Assembly: GCA_963736365.1 (NCBI GenBank)
Contig: CAVTOM010000007.1
Location: 326,654 to 390,653, forward strand
Length of the DNA stretch: 64,000 bases
Origin: an uncultured bacterium
GTDB taxonomy: Bacteria > Actinomycetota > Actinomycetes > S36-B12
Direction: 5' to 3'
In this document: piece by piece, positions 38,846 through 48,027 of the stretch
Layout: every line of letters begins with the position of its first letter
Numbering within the stretch: position 1 is the first letter of the stretch
Notes under the pieces: generated by a model
What the model saw: the letters and a program-made list of their open reading frames with translations, nothing else
Told to the model about the DNA's origin: nothing
Database searches by the model: none
Program-made: the position numbers and the translations under genes

Positions 38846-39853
38846 CTAGGCGGAGATGTCGAGCACGAGCTTGCCGATGTTCTCACCGGAGAACAGGCGC
38901 AGGAACACCGCATGGAAGTCGGCGACCGATCCGGCCACGACCGTCTCGGCGGCCACGAGCTGCCCGTCGGCGACCCACCGGGCCAGCCGACGGCGGGCCG
39001 ACCGGTACTCGGCCGCGTGGTCGAACACGAGGAAGCCTGACATCGTCGCCCGGCGCACCAGCAGCGCCATGTAGTTCGAGGGCCCGGGCGTCGGCGCCTC
39101 GGCGTTGTACTGCGAGATCGCGCCGCACACGACGATCCGTGCGTGCATGGCCAGGTTCGCCAGGGCGGCGTTGAGGACGTCCCCGCCGACGTTGTCGAAG
39201 TAGACGTCGATGCCGTCCGGGCACGCCTCGCGGATCGCGGATCGCAACGACGGGGACTTGTAGTCGACGGCGGCGTCCAGGCCCAGCGTTCCGGTGACGT
39301 AGGCGCACTTGTCGGGTCCGCCAGCGACGCCGACGGCCCGGCACCCGGCGATGCGAGCGAGCTGCCCGGCGACCGAGCCGACTGCGCCGGCCGCCGCCGA
39401 CACCAGCACGGTGTCGCCCGCGCGGGCCGCGCCGTGCGTGAAGAGCCCGAAGTACGCGGTCAGGCCGGTCGTGCCGAGGACCCCGAGGTACATCGACGGG
39501 GTCCCGAGCTCGGGATCGACCCTCGTCAGCCCCGCGGCGTCGAGGACCGCGTACTCCTGCACGCCGGTCGTGCCCTGCACGAGCGTGCCCACCGGGAAGC
39601 GGGGGTGGGCCGAGGCCACCACCTCACCCACGCCGCCGGCGCGCATCACCTCGTCGATGCCCACCGGAGGCAGGTACGAGGGCCGGTCGTCGAGCCAGCC
39701 ACGCATGGCGGGATCGAGCGAGATGAGCAGGACCCGCACCAGGACCTGGCCGGGCCCGGGGTCGGGGACCTCGTCGGTCGAGATGCGGAAGTCCTCGGGG
39801 GCCGGGGTGCCGACAGGGCGGCGGGCCAGCCGGATGGATCGGGAGACGGGCAT
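38846..39853 (-). CDS. NADP-dependent oxidoreductase (MDR superfamily, YncB/CurA / prostaglandin-reductase-like)
   Basis: Intact ORF of 335 aa with SAAAGAVGSVAGQLA as the nucleotide-binding motif. Confidence 0.88.
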   Translation of the reverse strand: MPVSRSIRLARRPVGTPAPEDFRISTDEVPDPGPGQVLVRVLLISLDPAMRGWLDDRPSYLPPVGIDEVMRAGGVGEVVASAHPRFPVGTLVQGTTGVQEYAVLDAAGLTRVDPELGTPSMYLGVLGTTGLTAYFGLFTHGAARAGDTVLVSAAAGAVGSVAGQLARIAGCRAVGVAGGPDKCAYVTGTLGLDAAVDYKSPSLRSAIREACPDGIDVYFDNVGGDVLNAALANLAMHARIVVCGAISQYNAEAPTPGPSNYMALLVRRATMSGFLVFDHAAEYRSARRRLARWVADGQLVAAETVVAGSVADFHAVFLRLFSGENIGKLVLDISA

Positions 39854-39856
39854 GCC

Positions 39857-41068
39857 TCAGGGTAGGCGCTCCGCGGGGGCGGGGCGCAGGATCGCGCTCA
39901 GCGGAACCAGCGCGGCCGCGGCGACGATGGGGACCGTCAGCCCCCACGCGATCCCGTAGCGCTCGGCGACGAGTCCGACCACCATCGGCGCGACGACGAA
40001 CCCACCCCGGGCGATCCAGCCGACGGTGGCCACTCCCATCGCCGGACGCACCCCCGGGATGCGGGTCGCCGCGTGCATCGCGGCGGGGAAGAGAGTGGCC
40101 ACCGCGAGTCCGAGCACGACGCAGGCCGCGATGAACGCCCACGCGGTGCCGACGATCAGTGCGGCGCCCAGGGCGATCGCGGCGAAGAGCATGCTCCATC
40201 TGACGACGGCGGCCTCGCCGACACGGTTGACCACGCGATCGCCGGTGAAGCGCCCAACCGTCATCGCGATGGTGAAGGCGGTGAACCCGAGGCCCACGAG
40301 GGCATCCGGCGCGCCGATGTCGGTGAGGTAGATCGAGCTCCAGCGTGCGGGGATGTCCTCGATCACCACGGCCAGCAGGGTGAACAGTCCGAGCAGGAGG
40401 GTCACGCGCCCCAGCGCCCGCCCGGACCCCGGGGACACGGACGCCGGATCCGCGGTGGAGGTCGCCTCGGCCATCGCGTCCTCGTCGGACAGGTGGGCGT
40501 CAGGATCGCGCCCGGGGAGGAGCCAGCGTCCGGTGACCGCCACGAGCACCGCACTGGCGAGGGTGATGGCGGCCAGCATCCACGAGATCGGCACGCCTGC
40601 GGCGAGCGCGAGGCTCCCGATCACTCCGCCCGCGACCGTGCCCAGCGACCAGTAGCCGTGGAAGCCGTTGATGATGGACCGGCCGTACGCGTGCTGCACG
40701 CGCAGTCCGTGGGCGTTCATCGCGCCATCCATCACGGCGTCCAGCGCACCGACCACGAGCAGGACGAGCGCGAGCGTCCAGCCGGACGGCGCGATCCCGA
40801 TGAGCGGAACCACGGGAACCATCAGGGCGAAGGTCGCGACGCTCACGCGGGCGCTGTTGGACCGGGCGACCAGGTACCCGCCCAGCGGTCCGACGAGGAG
40901 CCCGCCCGCGGCGCCCATGGAGAGCACCAGGCCCAGCTGGGCCGCGTCCAGGCCGAGCCCGTCCTGCAGCTCGGCCAGGCGGGGGAGCCACGCGCTCAGG
41001 GCGAACGCGTTGACGATGAACAGCACCGACACCGCCACCCGCGCGCGGGGCAGGTCGACGGGCGGCAC
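39857..41068 (-). CDS. MFS transporter
   Basis: Only the C-terminal 403 aa of ORF 39857..42424 look real (12-TM-type hydrophobicity). The GTG at 41068 is the first plausible start. The upstream part of the ORF is antisense to the hydrolase gene. Confidence 0.8.
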   Translation of the reverse strand: MPPVDLPRARVAVSVLFIVNAFALSAWLPRLAELQDGLGLDAAQLGLVLSMGAAGGLLVGPLGGYLVARSNSARVSVATFALMVPVVPLIGIAPSGWTLALVLLVVGALDAVMDGAMNAHGLRVQHAYGRSIINGFHGYWSLGTVAGGVIGSLALAAGVPISWMLAAITLASAVLVAVTGRWLLPGRDPDAHLSDEDAMAEATSTADPASVSPGSGRALGRVTLLLGLFTLLAVVIEDIPARWSSIYLTDIGAPDALVGLGFTAFTIAMTVGRFTGDRVVNRVGEAAVVRWSMLFAAIALGAALIVGTAWAFIAACVVLGLAVATLFPAAMHAATRIPGVRPAMGVATVGWIARGGFVVAPMVVGLVAERYGIAWGLTVPIVAAAALVPLSAILRPAPAERLP

Positions 41069-41143
41069 CGGCCCAGCGTAGGTGGCGCACGGCGGCCGAT
41101 CGCGCGGCCGCCGGCGCGATGCGTCCGCGGAACACAACCTACG

Positions 41144-41177
41144 CTTCCGTAACCTACGGTACAGTAAGTTACCGAAG
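41144..41177. promoter_or_regulatory. Operator-like half-site cluster CTTCCGTA / CTACGGTA / (inverted) TACCGAAG in the MFS / hydrolase divergent region
   Basis: There are two direct copies 10 nt apart plus one inverted copy (7 of 8 pairing). They sit in the only AT-richer patch of the intergenic region 41069-41204. Confidence 0.35.
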
Positions 41178-41204
41178 GGTACGCACGAGCAGGAAGGCCC
41201 CGAC

Positions 41205-42112
41205 ATGAGCCAGCCCACGCACCCAGCCCAGCACCCACGCCCGGCACCCAGGCCGGCGCCGCGTCGCCGGCGCCGCGCGCCCGCGCCAGCCTCAACGGGC
41301 GGCAGGTCGCCTATCGCGACCTCCCCGGGACCGGGACGCCCCTGCTCATGGTCCACGGGATCGGCTCGAACGCCGACACCTGGGCCGACATCCCCGAGCG
41401 CCTCTCCGCGACGGGGCTGCGCGTGGTCGCCGTGGACCTGCCCGGCCACGGTGAGTCGTCCAAGGGCCCGGGCGACTACAGCCTCGGCTCGCTGGCGAGC
41501 ACCCTGCGTGACCTGCTCGACCATCTCGGCATCGACTCGGTGCACCTGGTCGGCCACTCCCTGGGCGGTGGCGTCGCGATGCAGTTCGCCTACCAGTTCC
41601 CCGGCCGCGTGGAGGCGATGGTCCTGGAGTCCAGCGGCGGGCTGGGGGAGGAGACCTTCACCGGGCTCCGGGCCGCCGCCCTGCCCGGCTCCGAGCTCGC
41701 CATCCGGTGGGCGATCAACCCGCGCACCCTCGGCGGCGCGAGCTGGGTCGGCGCGCAGCTCGCGCGGATCGGGTGGGAGCCGCACGCGCTGAGCCCGCGC
41801 GCGCTGGAGACGGTGTCGTGGCTGGGGGAGCAGGACCGACGCGAGGCCTTCCTCGCCACCCTGCGCAGCGTCGTGAGCCCGCGGGGGCAGCGCGTCTCGG
41901 CGCTCGACAAGCTGCACCTGATGGAGGGCCCGCGCGTCCTGATCGTGTGGGGTGACAAGGACCCGATGATCCCGCTGGCCCATGGCGAGAAGGCCCACGC
42001 GCTCCTCGACGGCAGCCGCCTGGTGGTCTTCCCCGGCGCCGGCCACGAGCCGCACCTGCACGACCCGCAGCGCTTCGCCGACCTGGTCGTCGCGCACGTC
42101 GGCGCCGCCTGA
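41205..42112 (+). pseudogene. Alpha/beta hydrolase; frame change(s) in the Pro/Ala-rich N-terminus
   Basis: The ATG at 41205 follows AGGAAGG and is in frame 0. The conserved body (ASLNGRQVAYRDLPGTGTPLLMVHGIGSN...GHSLGG...) is in frame 2. That frame has no ATG, GTG or TTG between its upstream stop (41165) and residue M at 41348. Confidence 0.75.
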
Positions 42113-42174
42113 GCGGTCACGGCGCATCGGAACGTACGCTGGACCCGTACACCGCCGCCACGCCGAGGAGAGCG

Positions 42175-42438
42175 ATGACCGCCGAACCCGACCCCTTCGA
42201 CGAGCTCGTCCTCGACGAGGACTTCGTCTCCGGCGGGCCCAGGGAGGAGACCGCCGAGGAGCGCATCGCCCGGGCCAACCGGATCGCGCGCAGCAACGAC
42301 CGCCTGCGCGCGTCCGGTGAGATCTCCGACGGCTCCGGAAAGCCGCGGTTCCACCGGGTCCGGCGCTCCGCGCCCTGGATCGCGATCGGTGCCGCCGTCG
42401 CCATCGGGATCGTCGTGGTCGCATTGATCGCCCGCTGA
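42175..42438 (+). CDS. Small tail-anchored membrane protein (hypothetical)
   Basis: 87 aa with an acidic N-terminus and a C-terminal TM helix (WIAIGAAVAIGIVVVALIA). Confidence 0.55.
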   Translation: MTAEPDPFDELVLDEDFVSGGPREETAEERIARANRIARSNDRLRASGEISDGSGKPRFHRVRRSAPWIAIGAAVAIGIVVVALIAR

Positions 42439-42441
42439 TCC

Positions 42442-43161
42442 ATGGACCTCTCCCGCGAGGTCGCGTCCCGCCTGTTCGACGAGACCGTCTCCGTCGAGGA
42501 CTTCATCACGTGGTCGGAGTGGGCCCTCGCGCGGGTGGGCTTCCGTCCGTCCAACTGCCTCGCCCTCGTCGACGTGTGCCGGGACGAGCTGATGTCCGGC
42601 TTCGACGAGTCCGTCGCGCGGGTGTGGGGCCGTCCCTTCGAGATCGGATCGCTGGCCGGGCTGGTCTTCGCCGGTCGCACGGGCCTGCAGGCGGCACTGA
42701 GTCACGTCCCTGGCGAGGACGGTCGGCACCGGTTCGTCGTGTTCTGCCTGCCCCACCTCGGCATCGACGAGGAAGGCGAGGTCGGCCGGGTCCAGCGCCG
42801 CGGGATGCACCGGGGCTCCTCGGCGTGCGGGGCCCTCATCGCCTTCCGCGACGAGCTGCTCGTCGGGCAGCGCGCCTTCGCGCTCGACGCCGACGACGTG
42901 GAGCAGTCGCTGCTGCGCATGCGGCTGGCGCTGGCGATCGGCGATGCGGACGTGCCCAGCCTCCCGGAGCTGACCGAGCTCACCCGCGTGGCCGCCGTCG
43001 CGGACATCCGGCGCTTCGTGGAGCTCGCGCGTGGCTCGGAGCCCGTCGACGTGGCGTACATCAGTGGCATCGTCGTGCACCTGGCGGACGGCGTCGATGT
43101 CGTCGCGGAGGTGCAGGCCGAGGTCGTCATCGACCGTCAGGTGATCGTGCTGCCGCACTGA
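42442..43161 (+). CDS. Hypothetical protein with a Cys/His/Cys pattern (tentatively LCIB/C-type beta-carbonic-anhydrase-like)
   Basis: Intact ORF of 239 aa. Candidate ligands are C46 (VDVCRDE), H105 (FCLPHLG) and C129 (SSACGAL). It starts 4 nt after the preceding gene. Confidence 0.5.
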   Translation: MDLSREVASRLFDETVSVEDFITWSEWALARVGFRPSNCLALVDVCRDELMSGFDESVARVWGRPFEIGSLAGLVFAGRTGLQAALSHVPGEDGRHRFVVFCLPHLGIDEEGEVGRVQRRGMHRGSSACGALIAFRDELLVGQRAFALDADDVEQSLLRMRLALAIGDADVPSLPELTELTRVAAVADIRRFVELARGSEPVDVAYISGIVVHLADGVDVVAEVQAEVVIDRQVIVLPH

Positions 43162-43183
43162 GCCGCCGCCGGCAGCGGTCGCG

Positions 43184-44639
43184 TCAGGTCCGGGGATCGC
43201 CCACCGCGCGGGAGTCGGCCACGATGCGATCGCGGCCGGCCTCCTTGGCGCGGTACAGCGCCCGGTCCGCGCGGTGGAGGGTCTGGAACCCGGTCTCGTC
43301 GCTGGAGCGCTCGGCCACGCCGACCGAGACCGTCATGCCCTCGGGCGTGGCCCGTCGCACGGCCTCGATGATCGAGCGCGATCCGACGAGGTCGACTCCG
43401 GGCAGCAGGATGGTGAACTCCTCCCCGCCGTAGCGCGCGACGAACCCCTGGCCGCCGAGTGCATCGCGCCACGCCCGGGCGGCGTGGATCAGCAGGTCGT
43501 CGCCGGCCCGGTGACCGAAGCGGTCGTTGTAGTTCTTGAAGTGGTCGAGGTCCAGCATGGCGACTGTGAGCGATGGCCGTGGCGAGAGCGTCGTGCTGTC
43601 CAGCCGCTCCATCTCGTAGTCGAGGGTGCGGCGGTTCGCGATGCCGGTCAGCCCGTCGGTGCGGGCCTGGGAGGTCAGCTGCGCCGACTGCTCCTGCACG
43701 GTCGCCAGCAGCCGGCGCAGCCGCCAGAGCACGAGCAGGATGACGAGGATGGACGCGACCGTGAGCACGCGCGCGGCGACCTCTCCCTCGCTTCCAGGCC
43801 ACGACCAGGAGGATCGTGGGGATCGTGAGGACTCCGATGGACAGCCACACGGCGCTGCTAGTGGCGCGCGCCTCGGCCGAGCGCACGACCGGTGCGTTCA
43901 TGGTCGTGGCGCCCGGTGCGCTCGCGGCGGCCGTCATCACCACGAGGGAGGCCAGGAACAGGGCGTCGAGCCAGGCCGGTGAGAGATCGTCCAGCCCGTT
44001 GCTGGTGAGCAGGTTGTACACGAGGTCGGCGGCGAGGGTGAGTCCGAAGGCGGTGACGAGCAGGGCCAGCGCAGGGTTGGCGCGTCGGCCACCCACGAGC
44101 AGCCGGATGAGTCCGGAGAGCACGATGATGTCGAGCAGCGGGTAGAGCAGGGCGATCGCGGTCCCGACGTCGGTCGTCGCGGAGTCGGCGATGGTCGGTG
44201 CGGCGACGAAGACCCCCACGACCGATGCTGCCGCAACGGTGACGATCACCGTGTCGATCCAGGCCTCGCGGTCCCGCCCGGGATGCACGCCGCGCACGAG
44301 CAGCAGCAGCGCGATGAAGGCGAAGACGTAGGCGGCGAGGTAGAACGCGTCGGCCGGTCCGGGGAACGGCGGCTCGCCGACGTACCGCTGCTGGACGTCG
44401 TAGACGATGTCCCCAGTGACCGTCAGGACCTCGTAGACCCACACGGCCCACCAGACGCGGCGCGTGGCCGGGGGCAGCCGCAGGTTGGTGGCGAGGAACA
44501 CAGCGAGGGCGACCACGCCGGTTCCGCGCGCCACCAGCACCCACAGGGTGGACTCGACCGGGATCACGAGCAGGGACAGGCACGCGAGGAGGCCGAGAGA
44601 CAGGCCCGCCAGCCACCGCGGCTGCCACTCGCCGTCCAT
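43184..44639 (-). pseudogene. Polytopic membrane diguanylate cyclase (GGDEF); one +1 frame change
   Basis: The ATG at 44639 follows GGAGGAG. An N-terminal domain of about 8 TM helices ends ...LLVVAWK. The protein then continues as EGEVAARVLTVASILVILLVLWRL... and carries GGEEF (RYGGEEFTILL). The shift is near 43790. Confidence 0.85.
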
Positions 44640-44728
44640 GGGACTCCTCCCCCCGGGGGGCGCAGCCGACAACGCACCCGGTCACAGCGTACGGTCGGAC
44701 GGACCGGTCTTCGACGAAACGGGACGAC

Positions 44729-46804
44729 GTGTCCGACTGCCTCTACCTCACCTCCACCAGTATCCGTGCGGGCAAGGCCGTGGTCGCCCTCGGCACCCTC
44801 GAGACGCTGGCCCGCCAGGTCGGCCGCATCGGCGTGTTCCGTCCGATCGTCGACGGCAGCCACGACCGCGACGTCCTGCTCGACCTGCTCGGCGAGCGCT
44901 ACCAGGTGCAGGGCGATCATGCGGTCGGCCTGACCTACGCGGAGGCGGCCTCGTACGTCGACGAGGACGGCGACGCTCGCCTGGTCGCGCACCTCGTCGA
45001 CGAGTTCCTGCACATGAAGGAGGCCTACGACTTCGTCCTCGTGATCGGGACCGACTTCACCGGTCCGTCGCCGGCGACGGAGCTGTCGCTGAACGCCCGC
45101 CTGGCCGCCAACATGGGTGCGCCGGTGCTGGCTGTGGTCAGCGGCAACGGTCTCGACGAGGCGGGGATCGACCATGCCATGGACTCCTCGACGGGACTGC
45201 TGACCCGACTCGGCTGCTCGATCGTCGCGACCATCGTCAATCGCGTGGACCCCGCCATCGTCGAGGACGTCCGGCGCCGGCTCGCCGAGCAGGCGCACGT
45301 GCCACCGGTCTACGTCCTGCGAGACCTGCCGGTGCTGTCCGCCCTGACGGTCGAGGAGGTGGCGACCGGCCTGGGCGGCACCGTTCTGGTCGGCAGCCCG
45401 GAGAGCCTCCAGCGCGAGGTCGACGCCTACGTCGCCGGGTCCGGGCACCTGCAGACCCTCCTGCCGGCCCTGCGCGACGGCGCCCTCGTCGTCGCGTCCG
45501 GGGACCGGGCCGACCTGGCCGTGGGGACCGCGGCATCTGCGCTCAGCCGCGACATGCCGACGCCCGCGGGGGTCGTGCTGACCTGCGGCCACCGGCCGGA
45601 CCCGATGACGCAGTCGCTGCTGTCGGCGTCCGGCATGCCCGTCGTCGCGGTGGAGGGCGACACCTACGCGACCCTCCACGCGCTCGAGGCCCTGCGCGGT
45701 GAGATCCGTTCGACGAGCCGACGCAAGATCGCGGCCGCGCTGGGGGAGTTCAGCGCGGGCGTGGAGGCCGAGTCGCTGACGTCGCAGATCCGGCTCTCGC
45801 ACCCCGAGGCGATCACCCCGCTGATGTTCTCATTCGGCCTCCTCGAGCGCGCCCGCTCGGACCGGCGTCGGATCGTCATGCCCGAGGGCACGGACGAGCG
45901 GGTCCTGCGGGCCGTCGAGGAACTGGTCCATGCCGGGGTCGTCGACATCACGCTGCTCGGCAGTCCGCGCGAGATCCAGGCGACGGCTGTCGCCAGCGGC
46001 GTCGACCTGGCCGGCATGGACATCATCGACCCGGCCACGTCGCCCCTGCGCGAGGAGTTCGCGGCGATCTACGCGGAGCTGCGGGCGAGCAAGGGCGTGA
46101 CCCTGGAGCAGGCGCTCGACACCGTGATCGACCCCTCGTACTTCGGCACCCTGCTGGTCCACACCGGACGCGTCGACGGCATGGTCTCCGGCGCCGCTCA
46201 CACCACCGCGCACACGATCAGGCCGGCACTCGAGATCATCCGGACCACCCCCGACGCCTCGCTCGTCTCCAGCGCGTTCCTCATGTGCCTGCCCGACCGC
46301 GTCCTCGTCTTCGCCGACTGCGCGGTCAACCCCGACCCCACGTCCGAGCAGCTCGCGGACATCGCGGTGAGCAGCGCCGACACCGCGCGTGCCTTCGGCG
46401 TCGAGCCGAGGCTGGCGATGGTGTCGTACTCCACCGGCACCTCCGGCACGGGCAGCGACGTCGACAAGGTGCGCGCCGCCACCGCGCTCGTCGCCCAGCG
46501 CCGACCCGACCTCCCGCTGGCCGGGCCCATCCAGTACGACGCCGCCGTCGACCCGTCGGTCGGGCACGCGAAGATGCCCGACAACCCGGTGGCCGGTCGC
46601 GCCACCGTCCTGGTGTTCCCCGACCTCAACACGGGCAACACGACCTACAAGGCCGTGCAGCGGTCGGCGGGCGCGGTGGCGATCGGTCCGGTGCTGCAGG
46701 GCCTGCGCAAGCCGGTCAACGACCTCTCGCGCGGGTGCACGGTGCCCGACATCATCAACACCGTGGCCATCACCGCGATCCAGGCGCAGCAGGCGTCCGC
46801 GTGA
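44729..46804 (+). CDS. pta: Phosphate acetyltransferase (long form, DRTGG + PTA domains)
   Basis: Intact ORF of 691 aa with a GTG start. Its stop overlaps the ackA GTG (GTGA). Confidence 0.92.
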   Translation: MSDCLYLTSTSIRAGKAVVALGTLETLARQVGRIGVFRPIVDGSHDRDVLLDLLGERYQVQGDHAVGLTYAEAASYVDEDGDARLVAHLVDEFLHMKEAYDFVLVIGTDFTGPSPATELSLNARLAANMGAPVLAVVSGNGLDEAGIDHAMDSSTGLLTRLGCSIVATIVNRVDPAIVEDVRRRLAEQAHVPPVYVLRDLPVLSALTVEEVATGLGGTVLVGSPESLQREVDAYVAGSGHLQTLLPALRDGALVVASGDRADLAVGTAASALSRDMPTPAGVVLTCGHRPDPMTQSLLSASGMPVVAVEGDTYATLHALEALRGEIRSTSRRKIAAALGEFSAGVEAESLTSQIRLSHPEAITPLMFSFGLLERARSDRRRIVMPEGTDERVLRAVEELVHAGVVDITLLGSPREIQATAVASGVDLAGMDIIDPATSPLREEFAAIYAELRASKGVTLEQALDTVIDPSYFGTLLVHTGRVDGMVSGAAHTTAHTIRPALEIIRTTPDASLVSSAFLMCLPDRVLVFADCAVNPDPTSEQLADIAVSSADTARAFGVEPRLAMVSYSTGTSGTGSDVDKVRAATALVAQRRPDLPLAGPIQYDAAVDPSVGHAKMPDNPVAGRATVLVFPDLNTGNTTYKAVQRSAGAVAIGPVLQGLRKPVNDLSRGCTVPDIINTVAITAIQAQQASA

Positions 46805-48027
46805 GCCTCGTCCTCGTCGTGAACTCCGGCTCGTCGAGCCTGAAGTACCAGGTCGTCGAGGCTGGCGACGGCACGTGGCGTGGCCAAGGGCCTGGTCGAG
46901 CGCATCGGCGAGGCGTCGCCAGTGCTCCACCACGAGTGGGCCGACGGACGGGTCATGGAGCTGCCGGGAGGCCTGCCCGATCATGAGGCGGCTCTCGCCC
47001 GCATGCTCGAGGTCCTGTCGTCGGACCCGGAGGTCCTGCCGCACCTGGCGGCGGTCGGGCATCGCGTCGTCCACGGAGGCAGCGAGTACCGGGACCCTGT
47101 CGTCGTCGACGACGACGTGGAGGCGACGATCGAGCGGCTGATCCCGCTCGCGCCGCTGCACAACCCGGCCGGTCTGCTGGGCATACGGGCGCTGCGTCGG
47201 CTGCTTCCCGACGTGCCGCACGTCGCGGTGTTCGACACCGCCTTCCACGCGACCCTGCCACCCGAGGCGTACACGCTACGCGCTGCCGGCGGACCTCGCG
47301 CGGGACCTGCACCTGCGCAAGTACGGCTTCCACGGCACCAGCTACCAGTACGTGACCCGGGCGGCCGCGGCGTTCCTCGGCGTGCCGCGTCGACCAGGCC
47401 ACCCTCATCATCTGCCATCTCGGCAACGGCGCCTCGATGGCCGCGGTCCGCGACGGCCGCAGCGTCGACACGACGATGGGACTGTCCCCGCTCCAGGGGC
47501 TGGCCATGGGCACGCGGGCCGGAGACATCGACCCCGCCGTGGTCTTCCAGCTGATCCGTGTCGGGGGGATGTCGCTCGACGAGGTCGACACGCTGCTGAA
47601 CAAGGAGAGCGGGCTGAAGGGCATGGCCGGCAGCCAGGACATGCGCGAGGTGCGGGCCAGGGCAGCCGCAGGCGACGAGCGGGCGGCGCTCGCTCGCGGC
47701 GTGTACGCGTACCGGATCCGCTCCTACATCGGCAGCTACCTGGCGAACGTCCCCGGCGTCCAGGCGCTGGTCTTCACGGCCGGCATCGGCGAGCACGACG
47801 CCGACCTGCGCTGGGAGGTCTGCGAACCGCTGGGCCACCTGGGCATCCGCATCGACGCGGACCGCAACGACGCGCCGGAATCCGGTGTCCGGTCAGTCGA
47901 CGACGGGACCGGGCCGATCCGGATCCTCGTGGTCCCCACCGACGAGGAGGCCGAGATCGCCCGGCTGGCGGCCGGCGCCGCGTCAGGTGTCGCGGGCCAG
48001 GGCGGCCAGAGCGGGCCAGGCGAGTGA
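46801..48027 (+). pseudogene. ackA: Acetate kinase; three +1 frame changes
   Basis: VSLVLVVNSGSSSLKYQVVEAGDG is in frame 1. VAKGLVERIGE...HRVVHGG...AVFDTAFHATLPPEAYT is in frame 2. ALPADLARDLHLRKYGFHGTSYQYV...FLGVP is in frame 0. VDQATLIICHLGNGASMAA...TAGIGEH... is in frame 1 and runs to 48027. The shifts are near 46875, 47278 and 47388. Confidence 0.88.

Noticed and set aside
41069-42424. The upstream 450 aa of the 855-aa ORF 39857..42424, read as an N-terminal extension of the MFS transporter.
   Set aside because: That part is antisense to the alpha/beta-hydrolase gene and is Arg/Pro-rich. Hydrophobic MFS-like sequence begins only at the GTG at 41068.
44649-44660. The C6G6 palindrome (CCCCCCGGGGGG) upstream of the membrane GGDEF gene.
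   Set aside because: It is part of, or adjacent to, the GGAGGAG ribosome-binding region. A trivial homopolymer palindrome like this is expected by chance in DNA of this composition.
2318-47390. Programmed +1 ribosomal frameshifting or transcriptional slippage as the explanation for the frame breaks.
   Set aside because: The junctions share no common slippery motif, rare-codon or stop context. They occur up to eight times in one gene and on both strands, and at least one is a non-repeat single-base insertion. Recoding on this scale is not credible.
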